Source: Octopus sinensis
Lineage: Eukaryota
Length of the DNA stretch: 64,000 bases
Assembly: GCF_006345805.1 (NCBI RefSeq)
Contig: NC_043001.1
Location: 10,912,001 to 10,976,000, forward strand
Direction of reading: 5' to 3'
Position numbers and translations under genes: made by a program. Under the pieces are notes generated by a model, which made no database searches, was not told where the DNA came from, and was given only the letters and a program-made list of their open reading frames with translations. Positions 24,327 to 37,529 of this stretch are shown one piece after another (positions within the stretch are counted from its first letter, which is position 1; each line of letters opens with the position of its first letter).

Positions 24327-24999
24327 TAGGCCCGGCCAACTCGAATTACATTGCGGGCCAAAAGTTTTTTGAGGGCCGCTTGTGTACTTTATGCACCAAT
24401 AATCGGGACTACTAGCGAACATTGGTCCCGGTGCGCGCACTCGCGCATCCGCGCTAGCTAGCCATAAGTAATCGATCCTACAACGACTTTTTAACCCTAA
24501 TCCTAAGCCTAACCCTAAATTTTAAACCCTAATCCTAGTTTGTTTATAAAAATAATTTATTTACTTAGTTTAAAAAATTATTTACTTTGCGTTTTATTTC
24601 CTTTGTTCGAAAAATATTATTTAATTTTCTTTGATACGTATTCAACCTTTAAATACAAACATACGTGCAAGTCGTTGTAGGATCGACTACTTACGACTAG
24701 CTAGCGCGGATGCGCGAGTGAGCGCACCGGGACCAATGTTCGCTAGTAGTACCCCAATAATCAAATAATCAAGAATTTTAAAATACTTTTCGTTTGTTTA
24801 AAATTACAAACTTGTAGGCAAGTGCTTTATTGCAGCTTTTAAATTTTAAATTTATTTTCAAACCAATGTTTCGCACACAAAAATTGTATTTTGAAATTAA
24901 ATGCGATATAGAGGTCACCCATTTCAAGTATCAAGCAGGCTGCAAGATAAAAGTGTGCAGGCCGCATGTAGCCTGCGGGCCTCAGGCTGACCAGCCATG
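24327..24999. mobile_element. hAT (Charlie-like) MITE with 8-bp TSD, interrupted by another MITE
   Basis: TSD 'gtctaata' at 24319-24326 and 25000-25007; degenerate TIRs taggcccggccaac / gctgaccagccatg; subterminal gcgggcc motifs. Confidence 0.8.
24405..24753. mobile_element. MITE with ~80-bp TIRs (GGTACTACTAGCGAAC...) and 9-bp TSD; Merlin- or MULE-like
   Basis: TIRs gggactactagcgaacattggtcccggtgc.. / ..gcaccgggaccaatgttcgctagtagtacc. TSD 'ccaataatc' at 24396-24404 and 24754-24762. Short internal (taaccc)-like tract. Confidence 0.9.
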
Positions 25000-25147
25000 G
25001 TCTAATAACTTTATTCACGTCTCTGCAGTCTACAGGTGTAATGCTGTGGAAATCGATTCACGAAACAAACTTTAAACTCAAACAAAAGTTACACATGTCC
25101 GCGCGCACGCACACCTGTAGTCTGTGTGTGTGCGTGCGTGCGAGTAT

Positions 25148-25263
<116 letters not shown>

Positions 25264-25406
25264 TATATATATATATATATACATATATATATACAGATAT
25301 ATATATATATATACATATATATATACATATATATATTATATACATATACATATATATATATAATATACATATACATATATATATTATATATACATATATA
25401 TATAAC

Positions 25407-25464
<58 letters not shown>

Positions 25465-25466
25465 CT

Positions 25467-25816
25467 GTGGAGGCGCAATGGCCCAGTGGTTAGGGCAGCG
25501 GACTCGCGGTCATAGGGTCGCGGTTTCGATTCCCAGACCGGGCGTTGTGAGTGTTTATTGAGCGAAAACACCTAAAAGCTCCACGAGGCTCCGGCAGGGG
25601 ATGGTGGTGATCCCTGCTGTACTCTTTCACTCTTACTTCCTGTTTCTGTTGTACCTGTATTTCAAGGGGCCGGCCTTGTCACTCTCTGTGCCACGCTGAA
25701 TATCCCCGAGAACTACGTTAAGGGTGCACGTGTCTGTGGAGTGCTCAGCCACTTACACGTTAATTTCACGAGCAGGGTGTTCCGGAACCCTCGTCGTCGT
25801 AACCGACGGAGTGCTT

Positions 25817-25819
<3 letters not shown>
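25467..25819 (+). mobile_element. SINE family C with two small internal deletions
   Basis: Matches 11611-12000. Confidence 0.93.
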
Positions 25820-25852
<33 letters not shown>

Positions 25853-25855
<3 letters not shown>

Positions 25856-26045
25856 AGAGTATACGAAAAAAAGGCAAAAGACGAAGACAGGTGGTGTACA
25901 AAACAAACAGATGTATTAGTATAACGCTCAGAAATAGAAAGGGTCTTTTACGTTTCGAGCCTACGCTCTGCTACAGAAAGGGACACAGAAAAAACAAGGA
26001 GAGAAAAAAGGAGAGACAAAAATGTGTGTAGTGGCTAACGATCTA
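25853..26045 (-). mobile_element. Family E element with hammerhead variant at 25943-25981
   Basis: Minus strand: cttt-CTGTAGC-a-gagc-gtag-gctc-GAAAC-GTA-aaag. Confidence 0.85.
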
Positions 26046-26121
26046 TCATGTCGACTATATATATATATATATATATATAATATAAGTATACAATTTTAGT
26101 ATATAAGTATATATATATTAC

Positions 26122-26153
<32 letters not shown>

Positions 26154-26178
26154 ATATATATATATATATATAATATAA

Positions 26179-26224
<46 letters not shown>

Positions 26225-26230
26225 ATAAAT

Positions 26231-27232
26231 ATTAGGGAATGAATCCAAAATACAGGGAAAAATCAGATTTAGGGTTAAATCCAATTTTATAGTAAAATAT
26301 TATATAATATAATTCGAGACAAAACCACTATTTTATATGAGTTTTCGTTTATCATGGTCGTTTTATTGAAGTTTGTTTGTATCGAGATTTGTACGTATGT
26401 ATATGTATGTGTGAGTGTGTATATGGTTATGTTTGTGGGTGTGAGTATATATGTGTGTGTATTTGTGTGTATTGTGTTAGGGGTTGTATAGTTATATTTA
26501 TACTTGTATGTATGGATTTCATTTCCATTCATAATTTTTTTAAAACGTTTGATATCCACGTGCAAAGAATTGTTCGGTTTTCTTTTGAGTGTTTATGTAT
26601 GTGTGAATGAGTGTGTGTGTGTGTGTGATTGTTTGCGTAATTTATTTATCTGTATGGGTGTGGGTGTTTATATATTGTATATATCGTGTTCTGTTGTATG
26701 TGTATGTAATGTATATTGTTTATGATGAGTGTTGTATGTGTGTGTGGGGAATATGAATAAGTAATGTGTTGAGTGTATGAGCATGTGTGTGTATATATAG
26801 TTTATTTTTTGTTTTTTGTTTTTTGTTTTTTGTTTTTTTTGGTTTTTTTTTTGCTTGTTGTCTTTGGTTTTTGTACATTTTTAAATATGAGAACTTTTAT
26901 AATAGGGTTTTTATATTCAATTGTTTTAGGGTTTATTTTAGATTATTTTAGATTATATATTGATTATATATAGATTATATATATATTATATATAGATTAT
27001 ATATTTTTATTTTTATATTCTTTCATTGATAATTTAATATTTTATTATTTTAAATTATTTAAATTATATTTTAAAATATTGATATTTTTAGATCGAAATC
27101 CACCTGAAGATTGTCGGTAGCAGACATGAAACAATTGTAGTGGCGGTTTTTTAATTTATATTAAAATTTTTGTATTGATTAAGTCTTTCCTTGTTTGGTT
27201 TTAAATAGTGGTTTTGTCTCGAATTATATTTT
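26231..27232 (+). mobile_element. Penelope-like non-autonomous element with an inverted terminal segment and a hammerhead
   Basis: 'ataattcgagacaaaaccactattt' (~26309-26333) is inverted at ~27203-27227. (TA)n on both sides; hammerhead at 27100-27143. Confidence 0.7.
27100..27143 (+). ncRNA. Minimal type-I hammerhead ribozyme with palindromic stem III
   Basis: ccac-CTGAAGA-t-tgtc-ggtagca-gaca-t-GAAAC-aatt-GTA-gtgg: stem I 4 bp, stem II 4 bp over a U.U pair, ACAAUUGU palindrome, GUA cleavage triplet. Confidence 0.85.
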
Positions 27233-27928
27233 ATATATATATATATATATAATATATAATATATATATTATATATATATAAGTATACAATTTTAAGTAGA
27301 AATTGTTAACTTTACAATACCCAGAAAGCGCTAGAAATAAAGTGGTCCAATTGAGCTAATTTCCAATTTATGATTTTAATGGGGGCAATACCAGCGGAAA
27401 ACTAAAGGAACATGACCTATTATCCAATAGAATATTCAATATATATGTGTACACTTTCATTGGACATTAATAAATCAATATAAAGTTCCAGATGATACAG
27501 CACTAAAACACACAAGTATATGAACTTATAAATATTTAATATTTAAAAATACGCAAATGTTTAAAAATATTAAAAAAATGTGTTGGCATTATAAATACAT
27601 AAATACATGAGATAAAAATAGATATAAAACATCGATATAAGATAAAACTCGTAGGTATTTAAAAATACACAGGTAAAATATAAAACATCAACATAATATA
27701 AGACTTATTGAATTAATAATTCACACAATAATTATTAATTCACACTGTAAGTTAGAAGGTAATAAAGATTCACAAGTTACTACTCTGAGTCCGGTGGAAA
27801 ATTTGAAATTACACAACATTAACATGACAGACTAATACGCAAACATAATGTTCCATCGACGGGCCGTTTCGGAGACGTGTCCGATAATATGATAGAAATT
27901 TCATATTCTTAATGAGACAGACACTACC

Positions 27929-28631
27929 GGTTTTACTAGCGAACAGTCGTCCCGGTGCGCGCACTCGCACATCCTACAACGACTTGCGCGTATGTTTGTA
28001 TTTCAAGGCTGAATACATATCAAAGAAAATTAAATAATATTTTTCGAACAAAGTAAATAAAACGCAAAGTAAATAATTTTTAAAACTAAGTAAATTTTTA
28101 TAAACAAACTAAGGTTAGGGTTAGGGTTTAGGTTTAGGGTTAAAAAATTAGGTTTAGGGTTAGGGTTAAAAAATTAGGTTTAGGGTTAGGGTTAAACAAT
28201 AGGTTAGGGTTAGGGTTTAGGTTTAGGGTTAAAAAATTAGGTTTAGGGTTAGGGTTAAAAAATTAGGTTTAGGGTTAGGGTTAAACAATTAGGTTTAGGG
28301 TTAGGAATAGGGTTAAACAATTAGGTTTAGGGTTAGGAATAGGGTTAAACAATTAGGTTTAGGGTTAAACAATTAGGTTTAGGTTTAGGGTTAAAAAATT
28401 AGGTTTAGGGTTAGGGTTAAACAATTAGGTTTAGGGTTAGGGATAGGGTTAAACAATTAGGTTTAGGGCTAAAAAATTAGGTTTAGGGTAAAAAATTAGG
28501 TTTAGAGTTAAACAATTAGGTTTAGGGTTAGGGTTAAAAAGTCGTTGCAGGATTGACTACTTACGACTAGGTAGCGCGGATGCGCGAGTGCGCGAATGCA
28601 CGCACCGGGACCACTGTTCGCTAGTAGTACC
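27929..28631. mobile_element. Second copy of the GGTAC-TIR MITE (opposite orientation) with an expanded TTAGGG-like array
   Basis: Same TIRs and AT-rich internal segment as 24405-24753. No matching TSD. Confidence 0.88.
28110..28537 (+). repeat. Interstitial telomere-like minisatellite
   Basis: Units of 'aaaaattaggtttagggttagggtt' / 'aaacaattaggtttagggttagg', built from TTAGGG/TTTAGG blocks. Confidence 0.95.
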
Positions 28632-28687
28632 CCTGATCCCATTATACTTCTAGGAAACAATTCCATTCTTTCCATTCGGTCTTTGTC

Positions 28688-29560
28688 CTATAACACAGCT
28701 TTCTGATCACTATGAAACATGTTCGGATCCAATTTCACTCGTATTAATCCTTTCGTTTTTGCCAACCTCTTTTCTAATTCCATCTTCTTCATGTAAAACA
28801 CCAACAATCTTAAATTCTCTCTTTTTGCTCTCCCTTCTCGTTCTACATATTCAAGTTGCATTGTCAGTCTGTCCTTCCACTGCTCTCTTCTGTCCTCCAT
28901 TTCCTCTGCATCTACACTAGACACTGTTTGCTCCGATTCTCGGGTTCGATGTTCGGTCGTTTCCATTTCCTCCGTTATTTTCTTTTTACCTTTCTTTTTT
29001 CTTCGGACTTTTTGGTGGTGATTCCACACGCGTTCTCTTTCTATCTACAGTTAATTCTTCTTTTTTTCCTTCCTCTTTTTCACCCTTTTTCCCTTCTTCC
29101 TCTCTCTCTCTGTGTCGTTGCACACCTCTATCTCTTCAGCCAGTGATTCTTTTAGGGGACACTCCGTTTGCATATGTCCCCTACATTTACATTTGCAACA
29201 TATTGGTGGTTTCCTTTTTCCTTCCTCTCTTTCATTCTTTTTTCCGTTTTCTTCCTCTCTCTCTGCGTCGTGGCAAACCTCTATCTCTTCAACCAGTAAT
29301 TCTCTTAGAGGACACTTTGCTTGCACATGTCCCTTACTTTTACATCTGTAACACATTGGGGGTCTCCCCTCCACCACCAATCTTAGTCGGGTTTCGTCGG
29401 GGAGCATCAATTTTTCCTCTATGTTATGCAGGTCTGGCAGGGTTATATGGACTAATGCTTCCACGCCCAAACCCCACCAGTTGATCTCTCGTGATTTCTC
29501 GACTTTTAAGAACCCCACCTCATCCTTGCAGTTGTGAATAATGGCTGCAACCATATATAC
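28688..29560 (-). pseudogene. Gag-like ORF1 of an L1/Tx1-type LINE with two CCHC zinc knuckles; disrupted, no ORF2 seen
   Basis: INWWGLGVEALVHI..LRLVVEGRPPMCYRCKSKGHVQAKCP and KPPICCKCKCRGHMQTECP (two CX2CX4HX4C), followed by a lysine/glutamate-rich tail. Stop/frame break at ~29050. Confidence 0.75.
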
Positions 29561-29908
29561 TGTATATATATATAGTTAATCCAAACAAGAAAACACAGAA
29601 AAAAACAGCAACCCGAGGACGTGGAACAATTAAAGTATTGGGTTTGTCTTTTTGTCCAACAGGACGTCGAGTAAATCAGAAAATTAACCAAACAAGCTTG
29701 GTGAGGTGGTTAGTGGTTTAGTCGCCGACGACCCGGACAAAAGACAGGTTATGCTTGGTTAAATGTTATCAGTAGTGCTCGGGAGCGACCAGTCGTTACG
29801 GTTGTTTGAAGCCCTACCATAGGTGCCCAACCACAACGAATCTACTGCATTATTTGAAACCGCAAATATTCCGTAACTTTCCGGAAGGCGCTATTGCGTA
29901 CAACGGCG

Positions 29909-30170
29909 ATACAGAGTGGTGCAAAAATAATTGTTACAAATTATACATACACGCTCAAATAAACTGCATTTCATTTATTATCCTCACACACACACATTTA
30001 TTTATAAAAATTTCACCGCATCTTTTTTATACGGACCTACCTACGGTGTTATGAAACCATTACCAAAATCTTGCACGATTTCGGCGAATCGTTTTTTTTT
30101 AAATTTTAGAAGTGAATATGGATTTAAATCCCGATTTCAATTGTGTTGTATTACATTGCTGTAACAGTGA
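29909..30170 (+). mobile_element. Possible Tc1/mariner end
   Basis: 'ta-cagagtggtgcaaaaataattg' resembles Tc1/mariner TIR starts. The partner TIR was not found. Confidence 0.4.
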
Positions 30171-30909
30171 TAATGTCACAATTAAGTGTAATGCATTCTC
30201 CTAGTATAAAGTAGAATATAATGTTGATTAAACAGTTTGAAGAAGCAAGCCGTTTTCATGGCTACTACTGAGACAAACGATCTCCAGTTGGAGACAGCAG
30301 AATGCTTGTAGTCAGGGAAGCAATTAGAAGGCTACACATTGAAAATCTATCGGTTCATACAAGTGCTTCGACAATTTTATTTGATGCAAGGATTTCAAAA
30401 AGGAAGCATTTTATGGATCTTCTTGGGTTTCGATTATACAAAAACCATTAACAATAACTCTTTCTCTCTCAATCTCTCTCGCTCTCTCTCTCTCTCTCTT
30501 TCTCTCTGTCTCGCTTACACAAAGACACACACACACACACGCGCGCGCGCACCCCTCCTCTCTCTCTCTCCCTCTTTCACACAAACATATTCTCACGTAC
30601 ACACAACCAAACAAACAGGAACACTTGAAAAAATAAAAAATGATTTAAGAATATCGCAAATTCTATAGCAATGTTAAAAATTTAGACCACTCTGCAAAAA
30701 AAAGAAAAATGAGATTAGAAAGAACTTAAATGAAGCATTTAAATATTTAATGGTCGCTTAGATCGTTTTTATAAGTTTCTCTTAATAGTTTTCACTTGAA
30801 TATTTAATATTTTTTATATATATTAGAAATAGATTAATGACTGAAAGAATCGAAATTATTCTTATTAACCCCGTTTATACACATATATCAGCAAACACAT
30901 TTTTGATCT

Positions 30910-31280
30910 CTTACTTGTTTCAGTCATTGGAAAGCGTCCATACAGGGTCAGTTACTTGGTGCGGATTAACCATAACCTCTGTTGTGGATGTGCGCTAAGT
31001 TTCAATGTTCTAGCTCACAGATAAATCTCAGTATTTATTTTCAAGTATGGTACTTAATCTATTGGTCTTTATCTTAGAACCGCTAAGTTACGGGGGCATA
31101 CAGAAAGCGAAACCGGTTGTCAGATAACGAAACGCAATGACACTCACGTAAATATGCACACATACAGACAAAAGCATACGGACACACTGACACACATTCC
31201 TCAAGTTTTCACACTCTTTGAATCAACAAAAGTCTATCACGAGGCATGGTGGTCCTCTGGAGGACACTTGCCCTAAGCCA
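30910..31280 (-). mobile_element. Old, degenerate SINE B
   Basis: Residual 'ttacttgtttcagtcatt..gaaccgctaagttacgggg..gaggacacttgcc'. Confidence 0.7.
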
Positions 31281-31316
31281 CTTTGATAATTGCTCTCAGC
31301 TATGGTCACCAGCCAG

Positions 31317-31870
31317 TATCAACGGAGCTACACGAAGAAGATAGCCTCTATACAGCATATAAGCTATTGGGAAAGACTCAAGAGATTAAGACTCTATTCC
31401 TTAGAGCGTAGGCGAAAAAGATAGGCCATGATATACATCTGGAAGATCCTGGAAGGGCTTGTCACAAACTTTGGGATCGAGAATTACACAAATACTAGAA
31501 CTAGGCGCCACTGCATAGTGCCAAGGACTCCAAATTTGCTATCAAGATGTAGGACAAGATACTGCAATAGCCTGGGTTTCAGAGGTCCACTGCTCTTCAA
31601 TATTCTCATAAAGGACCAGAGAGACCTGCACGAGGTGGATCTAGGTGTCTTCAAAATAAAGCTGGACCCCTTTCTGTCAGGTGTCCCAGATGAACCAACT
31701 TCATGGCAAGAGGTGCAGATGAGGGCAACTGCATCAAACTCTCTCATGCACCAAATGGCAATTGCTAAAAAGCATTTGCTAAAAAGCATTCATGAAGTAA
31801 AATTATGTAGTAACACCAAATGCCGGTGCCCCAGCATGGCCACATCTCGTGATCTGAAACTAGATATAAA
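31317..31870 (+). mobile_element. 5'-truncated CR1/L2-group LINE 3' end
   Basis: QRSYTKKIASIQHISYWERLKRLRLYSLERRRKR*AMIYIWKILEG..RYCNSLGFRGPLLFNIL..VFKIKLDPFLSGVPDEP is the typical CR1/L2-type ORF2 C-terminus. The 3' end reads 'ggtgccccagcatggccac..ctgaaactag'. Confidence 0.9.
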
Positions 31871-31889
31871 AAATATATATGTATATATT

Positions 31890-32312
31890 TATATACACCA
31901 CGAGCTTCTTATAGTCTCCGTGTACGAACTCCCCTGACAAGGCTTTGGTCGACCTAAGGCTATAGCAGAAGACACATTAAGGCGGCGAACTGGCAGAAAC
32001 GTTAGCGCGCCGGGCGAAATGCTTAGTGGTATTTCGTCTGTCGTTACGTTCCGAGTTCAAATTCCGCCGAGGTCGACTTTGCCTTTCATCCTTTCGGGGT
32101 CGATAAATAAAATACAAGTTTCGCACTGGGGTCGATGTAATCGACTTAATCCCTTTGTCTGTCCTTGTTTATCCCCTCTATGTTTAGCCCCTTGTTGGCA
32201 GTAAAGAAATATATAGCAGAAGACACTTGCCAATGTGTCACGCATTGGAATTGAACCCGGAACCACGTGCTTAGGAAGGAAACTTCTCGCCACTCAGCTA
32301 CGCCTGCGCCTA
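31890..32312 (-). mobile_element. SINE B interrupted by a SINE A1 insertion
   Basis: B sequence continues across the TSD 'tatagcagaagacac' (31961-31975 and 32212-32226). Confidence 0.85.
31979..32211 (+). mobile_element. SINE A1 with 15-bp TSD, nested in B
   Basis: Full head to 'gtaaagaaata' tail; TSD as above. Confidence 0.93.
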
Positions 32313-32499
32313 TATTTTTAGTGACTTGACTCTTTATACTATGCTGCGATAATAATTCGTATTGACATCTGCAAGGATGCAATGCAAACGGATAGAAGGA
32401 TTTTTAGAGGATGCGATGTAAAAAGATATTTGCATATAAAAACCATGGATGCACAAATCCTATGTTTGTCCGCCAACACATTCGTATATTTACGTACAC

Positions 32500-32540
<41 letters not shown>

Positions 32541-33060
32541 TCACTCATTCATTCATAAAGGAAAAGGAGAAAGACAGGAGTATAGAGGGGACGTAAAGGA
32601 AAAGGGAGGAACAGGTACATACATACATACATATAGATATATTTATCTATATAGGTAGATATATGCATACATATATACATACATGCAGAAAAATGCTGGT
32701 GCAGTTTATATATGCATACATCAATATCAGTATCAAAATCAATCAATCAAAATCTATCTTTCTAAGTATCTACATATTTATACGCACGCACACTCACAAA
32801 CACATACATATATACAAATATATATATATATATATTATATATATATACAAATATACAATATATGAATATATGTATATTTATACACACACATATATATATA
32901 TACATATATATTACACATATATATATTTATGCACTTTATACATATATATATATATGTGCATATACACACCCATATATATATACATATATATTTTGCATAT
33001 ATATATGCATAATATATATATATATAAATATATCAATATGCATATATATATATATAGATC

Positions 33061-33104
<44 letters not shown>

Positions 33105-33248
33105 TATAGATAGATAGATAGATATATAGATATATGCATGTGAACATACACGCATATATATATTTATGTGTGTGTTTGTGTGTGTACATTATTAAAATCT
33201 ATGGCTAGCTGCAGACCCTAAATATTGACTTTTAAATATAATATATAC

Positions 33249-33317
<69 letters not shown>

Positions 33318-34364
33318 CATATATATATATGCATATATATATATATACATATATATATATACATACATATATATATATATATATTCTCCTTTCGGTCCTT
33401 TACATTAGGAATAACAGTAAAAAACATCATCAACAGTGATAACAACAACATCAGCAACAACATTAATAATAAAATTGCCGGGCATATCGACATTTCAGCT
33501 CGTTTTATATTCTGGTTGAAGTGGTTTGTAACCACAACTAACAACTCTGTCTATTGTCATTATTGTTGGAGCAGTTTTCTTTTTGCTGTAGACACGAATC
33601 ATGGGAGAAATGATGTGTCTGTTTATGATTCATTGTAACCATATTCCTTTTACTCTGAACATCATATTTCTTTCAGCATTCAGTAAATAACTTAGCCATA
33701 GTGTCTGGTGTTAGATTGTTGCTAGGGTATGCTATGCGCATCTGAAGATTTGTATTGTATTTGGCTATTAATAAGTCTCAATTTCTTCTCATGTCTTTTG
33801 GTAAATGTAAAGATTGTCCTGTTATCAACAAATGTTTTTGTTTTTTTTTATCCATGAATTTCGTTTTTGTTCCTGTTGTGCAATAACGTGAGATGCAGTG
33901 GATCATTGTTACAAATGCATAGTAAATCGGTGAGAAAGGGTTGTACTTATATGACCATGTAACACTTTGTGTCACAATGTCTACATAATGTATTTGCCAT
34001 TTAGCCTAGATGATGGTGCTGCTCCATAGCCCTGCGTCAGTCATGATAGACCAGTCATATGATCAAAGACATTCCACTAATGACCATTCCATTTATTTCA
34101 CCAATCATAAGTCACAATGAAGGCTATATTATTGAATATATTTTTGCCTGCTTAAAAAAAACAATGTGCGATTTGATGAAGATTTACCTGCTATTTCTGG
34201 TAGCTCGAACAATATATATACTCATTTGTATACAAACGCACACACATACACACACAGACACACGCATAGACACATGTATAACAGAGATATTTATTAATAT
34301 ATGCATACTTATTTAAATATACATATGTATGTATATATCTATATTTATTTATCTTTCACATTTC

Positions 34365-34525
34365 CGTTCTACCGGTCATTCACTACAACATGTCTGTATT
34401 CACACTGTCTTTGCACAAGGGCCATCCGAACTCCTGCCTCCGCTGTAAGCAGAAATTGAACTTCTCTTTTCGCTCCTTTGCACCACATGGGCTCAAAACC
34501 CCTTCTCACTTCATCTGACTCCTCT
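34365..34525 (+). pseudogene. Penelope-like element, GIY-YIG C-terminal relic
   Basis: TGHSLQH/MSVFTLSLHKGHPNSCLRCKQKLNFSFRSFAPHGLKTPSHFI* resembles the PLE end motif (H..GHS....V.GL......R...EQ.LIF.L.T..P.GLN). Confidence 0.6.
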
Positions 34526-35001
34526 CCTGTCTTTATCTGACACCTACTTCCTCCCTTCACTCCTACCTACTTCCTCTCTTCATTGATACCACCTCCATAT
34601 ACCCTCACCACCTCCATACACCGTCACCACCTCAACCACCACACCACACCAACACACCATCCCACCACACCGCCACACACAAACCTCCTCCACACACACT
34701 AGCACTGACCATTTCCCAGCACCCACACACCATCATCCACACTCCAACGCAAATCTTCAATGGCGTCATCACACATACCACTATGTGAGCAGCTACACGT
34801 TACAGACCCACACACTTTCACACGCACACACATACGTCAGAACATCTAGCCCATATTCACACACAACGCGCACTCACACACACACACACATTCACATTCA
34901 CTATTCTCACACACACACACACACAAGCGCGCACCTTCAATCGGGATCATCAGCACTCTCTTATCTCCTTTTCTTTCAACCTCTTCTTCCAAAATTTTCT
35001 T

Positions 35002-35036
<35 letters not shown>

Positions 35037-35037
35037 G

Positions 35038-35079
<42 letters not shown>

Positions 35080-35969
35080 GCATTATATATATATGCATAG
35101 AATATATATATACATAAACATACATATATATATATGCATATATGCATATACATATATCTACATATATACATATACATATATATACATATACATACATATA
35201 TATATATATATACATATATCTACATATATACATATACATATATATACATATACATACATATATATATATATATGCATACATATATACACATATACATACA
35301 TATACATACATACATACATACATACATACATACATACATACATACATACATACATACATACGTACATATATACATATATATATAGGCATTAATTTATATT
35401 TAGATAATTATTTATAGATATCCACTTGTATAGTACTTGCAGGCACACACAAACGCACATATATAAAATACATATATGTATATATACTTGTTCACACATA
35501 TATATACAACCTATCTCCACTAACCAATGCAACTATTTTACACGGTAACATACGTCTTTGCACATACACGCGCACCATATATATTCATGCGTACACTAAC
35601 AATATAATTATGGAGTTAGTGTTGCTGCATCTGTATTTGTATAACAGTCTATAGCAGCGTGCATACTGTTTGTTTTTGTCAATGTTCTAATTATTTATTT
35701 AAATGATGTCGTCAACAAGATTTCGAATGAAATGTAGACCACATTCTGTGGGACTTATATGCACAGATTCCAAACATAGAAATATGACTGAAAATTCTTA
35801 CATATTTTATAATATCAGACCCATTAAATTTGTTTTACATTCCATCTTGAAAATAAAGGAGGTTTGTTTTTTCCTCATTGTTGTTCCTTTGTTATAGTTG
35901 TCCAACGAAATTATGACCAAAAGCATTCTGTGGCCATCACACATCACCTCTGATGAATTGAGATGCGCA

Positions 35970-36255
35970 TTTATAAAGCCTGGTACTTATTCTATCGGCC
36001 ACTTTAGCCGAACCGCTAAATTACGGGGTGTTAAGGCACCAACACCAGTTGTCTGTCGGTGGTGGGGACAAACACATACACACACACACACATATACGAT
36101 GGGTTTCTTTCAGTTTCCGTCTACCAAATCCACTCGCAAGGCTTTGGTTGGACCGAGGCTATAGTAGAATATACTAGCCTAAGGTGCCACACAGTAGGAC
36201 TGAACCCAGAACCATGTGGTTGGGAAGCAAACTTCTTACTACAAGGCCACTCCTA
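35970..36255 (-). mobile_element. Degenerate SINE B
   Basis: 'gaaccgctaaattacgggg..ttccgtctaccaaatccactc..ggactgaacccagaacc'. Confidence 0.85.
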
Positions 36256-36701
36256 TGTCCTTTATTCCAGTAAGTTGCCTTAGCTTTACACAAAAGTGGC
36301 TCGGAATACGCAAGTGTATCAAGCTAAAGAAATTCGGCAGAAGCCGTACACCGTAACTTAAGTTTCGCGTTTACACGTTTGGTCATTCTGCAGACTGGAA
36401 TAATACGAGGAAACGGTATTTTCTCTCCAGAATAGTTTCCCTATTTCATTGACTTGGACAGAAGCTTCCAGCGAAAACTAAAAAGGAAGAGTTTTCCAAA
36501 AAGTCAAACACGTTCTTAGCAAAATTAGTAGAATTGTCACCATTAAGAAAAATATTAACAAATAATAATCAAAAATGATAATTAGCAAAAATAATAATTG
36601 GCAAAAAAGTAATAATTTGGGGAAACAGCAATTAGCAAAAATAATTAGCGAAAATAATCAATGAAAATAATAGTAACAACAACAAGAAAAGTAGTGGTGT
36701 T

Positions 36702-36756
<55 letters not shown>

Positions 36757-37096
36757 TAATAGGGGAGACCGGGGTTAGTTGACTACATTTTTTACATTTT
36801 CACTGACAGAGCAATACTGTTTAAAGTATTCTACTGCATCTTGTATTACACGCATAAATCAACCATAGCAGAAGACTTACGAAGCTAGAGATCTCATCTG
36901 CTTATTGTTTGGATTTACATTTTGTGAATTTTCTAAGACCACTTAAATGTGGCGCCTTCGTGGTGGACATGCACCACAATGGCGGCCAGATCGAGATCTG
37001 GTCGGCATAGCGTTGCCTGTGGCGCCTTCGTGGTGGATATATATGTATATATATACACATACATATATAAATTGACAAATTATATTTTATGACGGA

Positions 37097-37170
37097 CCTC
37101 ACTGATGATCTGCAGATTAACTGTGTAAGTAAAATTGCACGATTTATTGACAGTGAAACAATGGTATTGG
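37097..37170 (+). ncRNA. Degenerate hammerhead-like motif
   Basis: CTGATGA-t-ctg..(gtgtaa/ttgcac hairpin)..cag-t-GAAAC-aatg-GTA. The palindrome has one mismatch and stem I pairs poorly. Confidence 0.45.
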
Positions 37171-37529
37171 ATTAATCTATATTTTTGTTATTTTTCATTT
37201 GTCCTGCTCGCTTACGTTCATAGTGTGCTAAATTTTTCTTGAGAACAATTCTTAGTGGTTGCGACTCATGCGGATCTCTATTTACCGTAAGGGCGTCCAC
37301 GTAGTGGATTCTCTCTCATATTTGTGTATTAATAATATTTACTGAATTTCAGTTTTTTATGCGCTAAACCACTGGTGTTAAATTGATGTTATTAAATTAA
37401 TATCCAATTTTTTCATCCTCATTTTGATTTGAATTCTATATATCCTTAAATCCTTAAATCCTTAAAAATGTTTTAGCCCGAAGGCCGCGGCCATATAAAT
37501 ATATACATACATATCGTTTTTTGTCTTCT

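Noticed and set aside
28110-28537. Real telomere or chromosome-fusion scar
   Set aside because: The array is enclosed by MITE TIRs, and a short version exists in the sister copy at 24490-24540.
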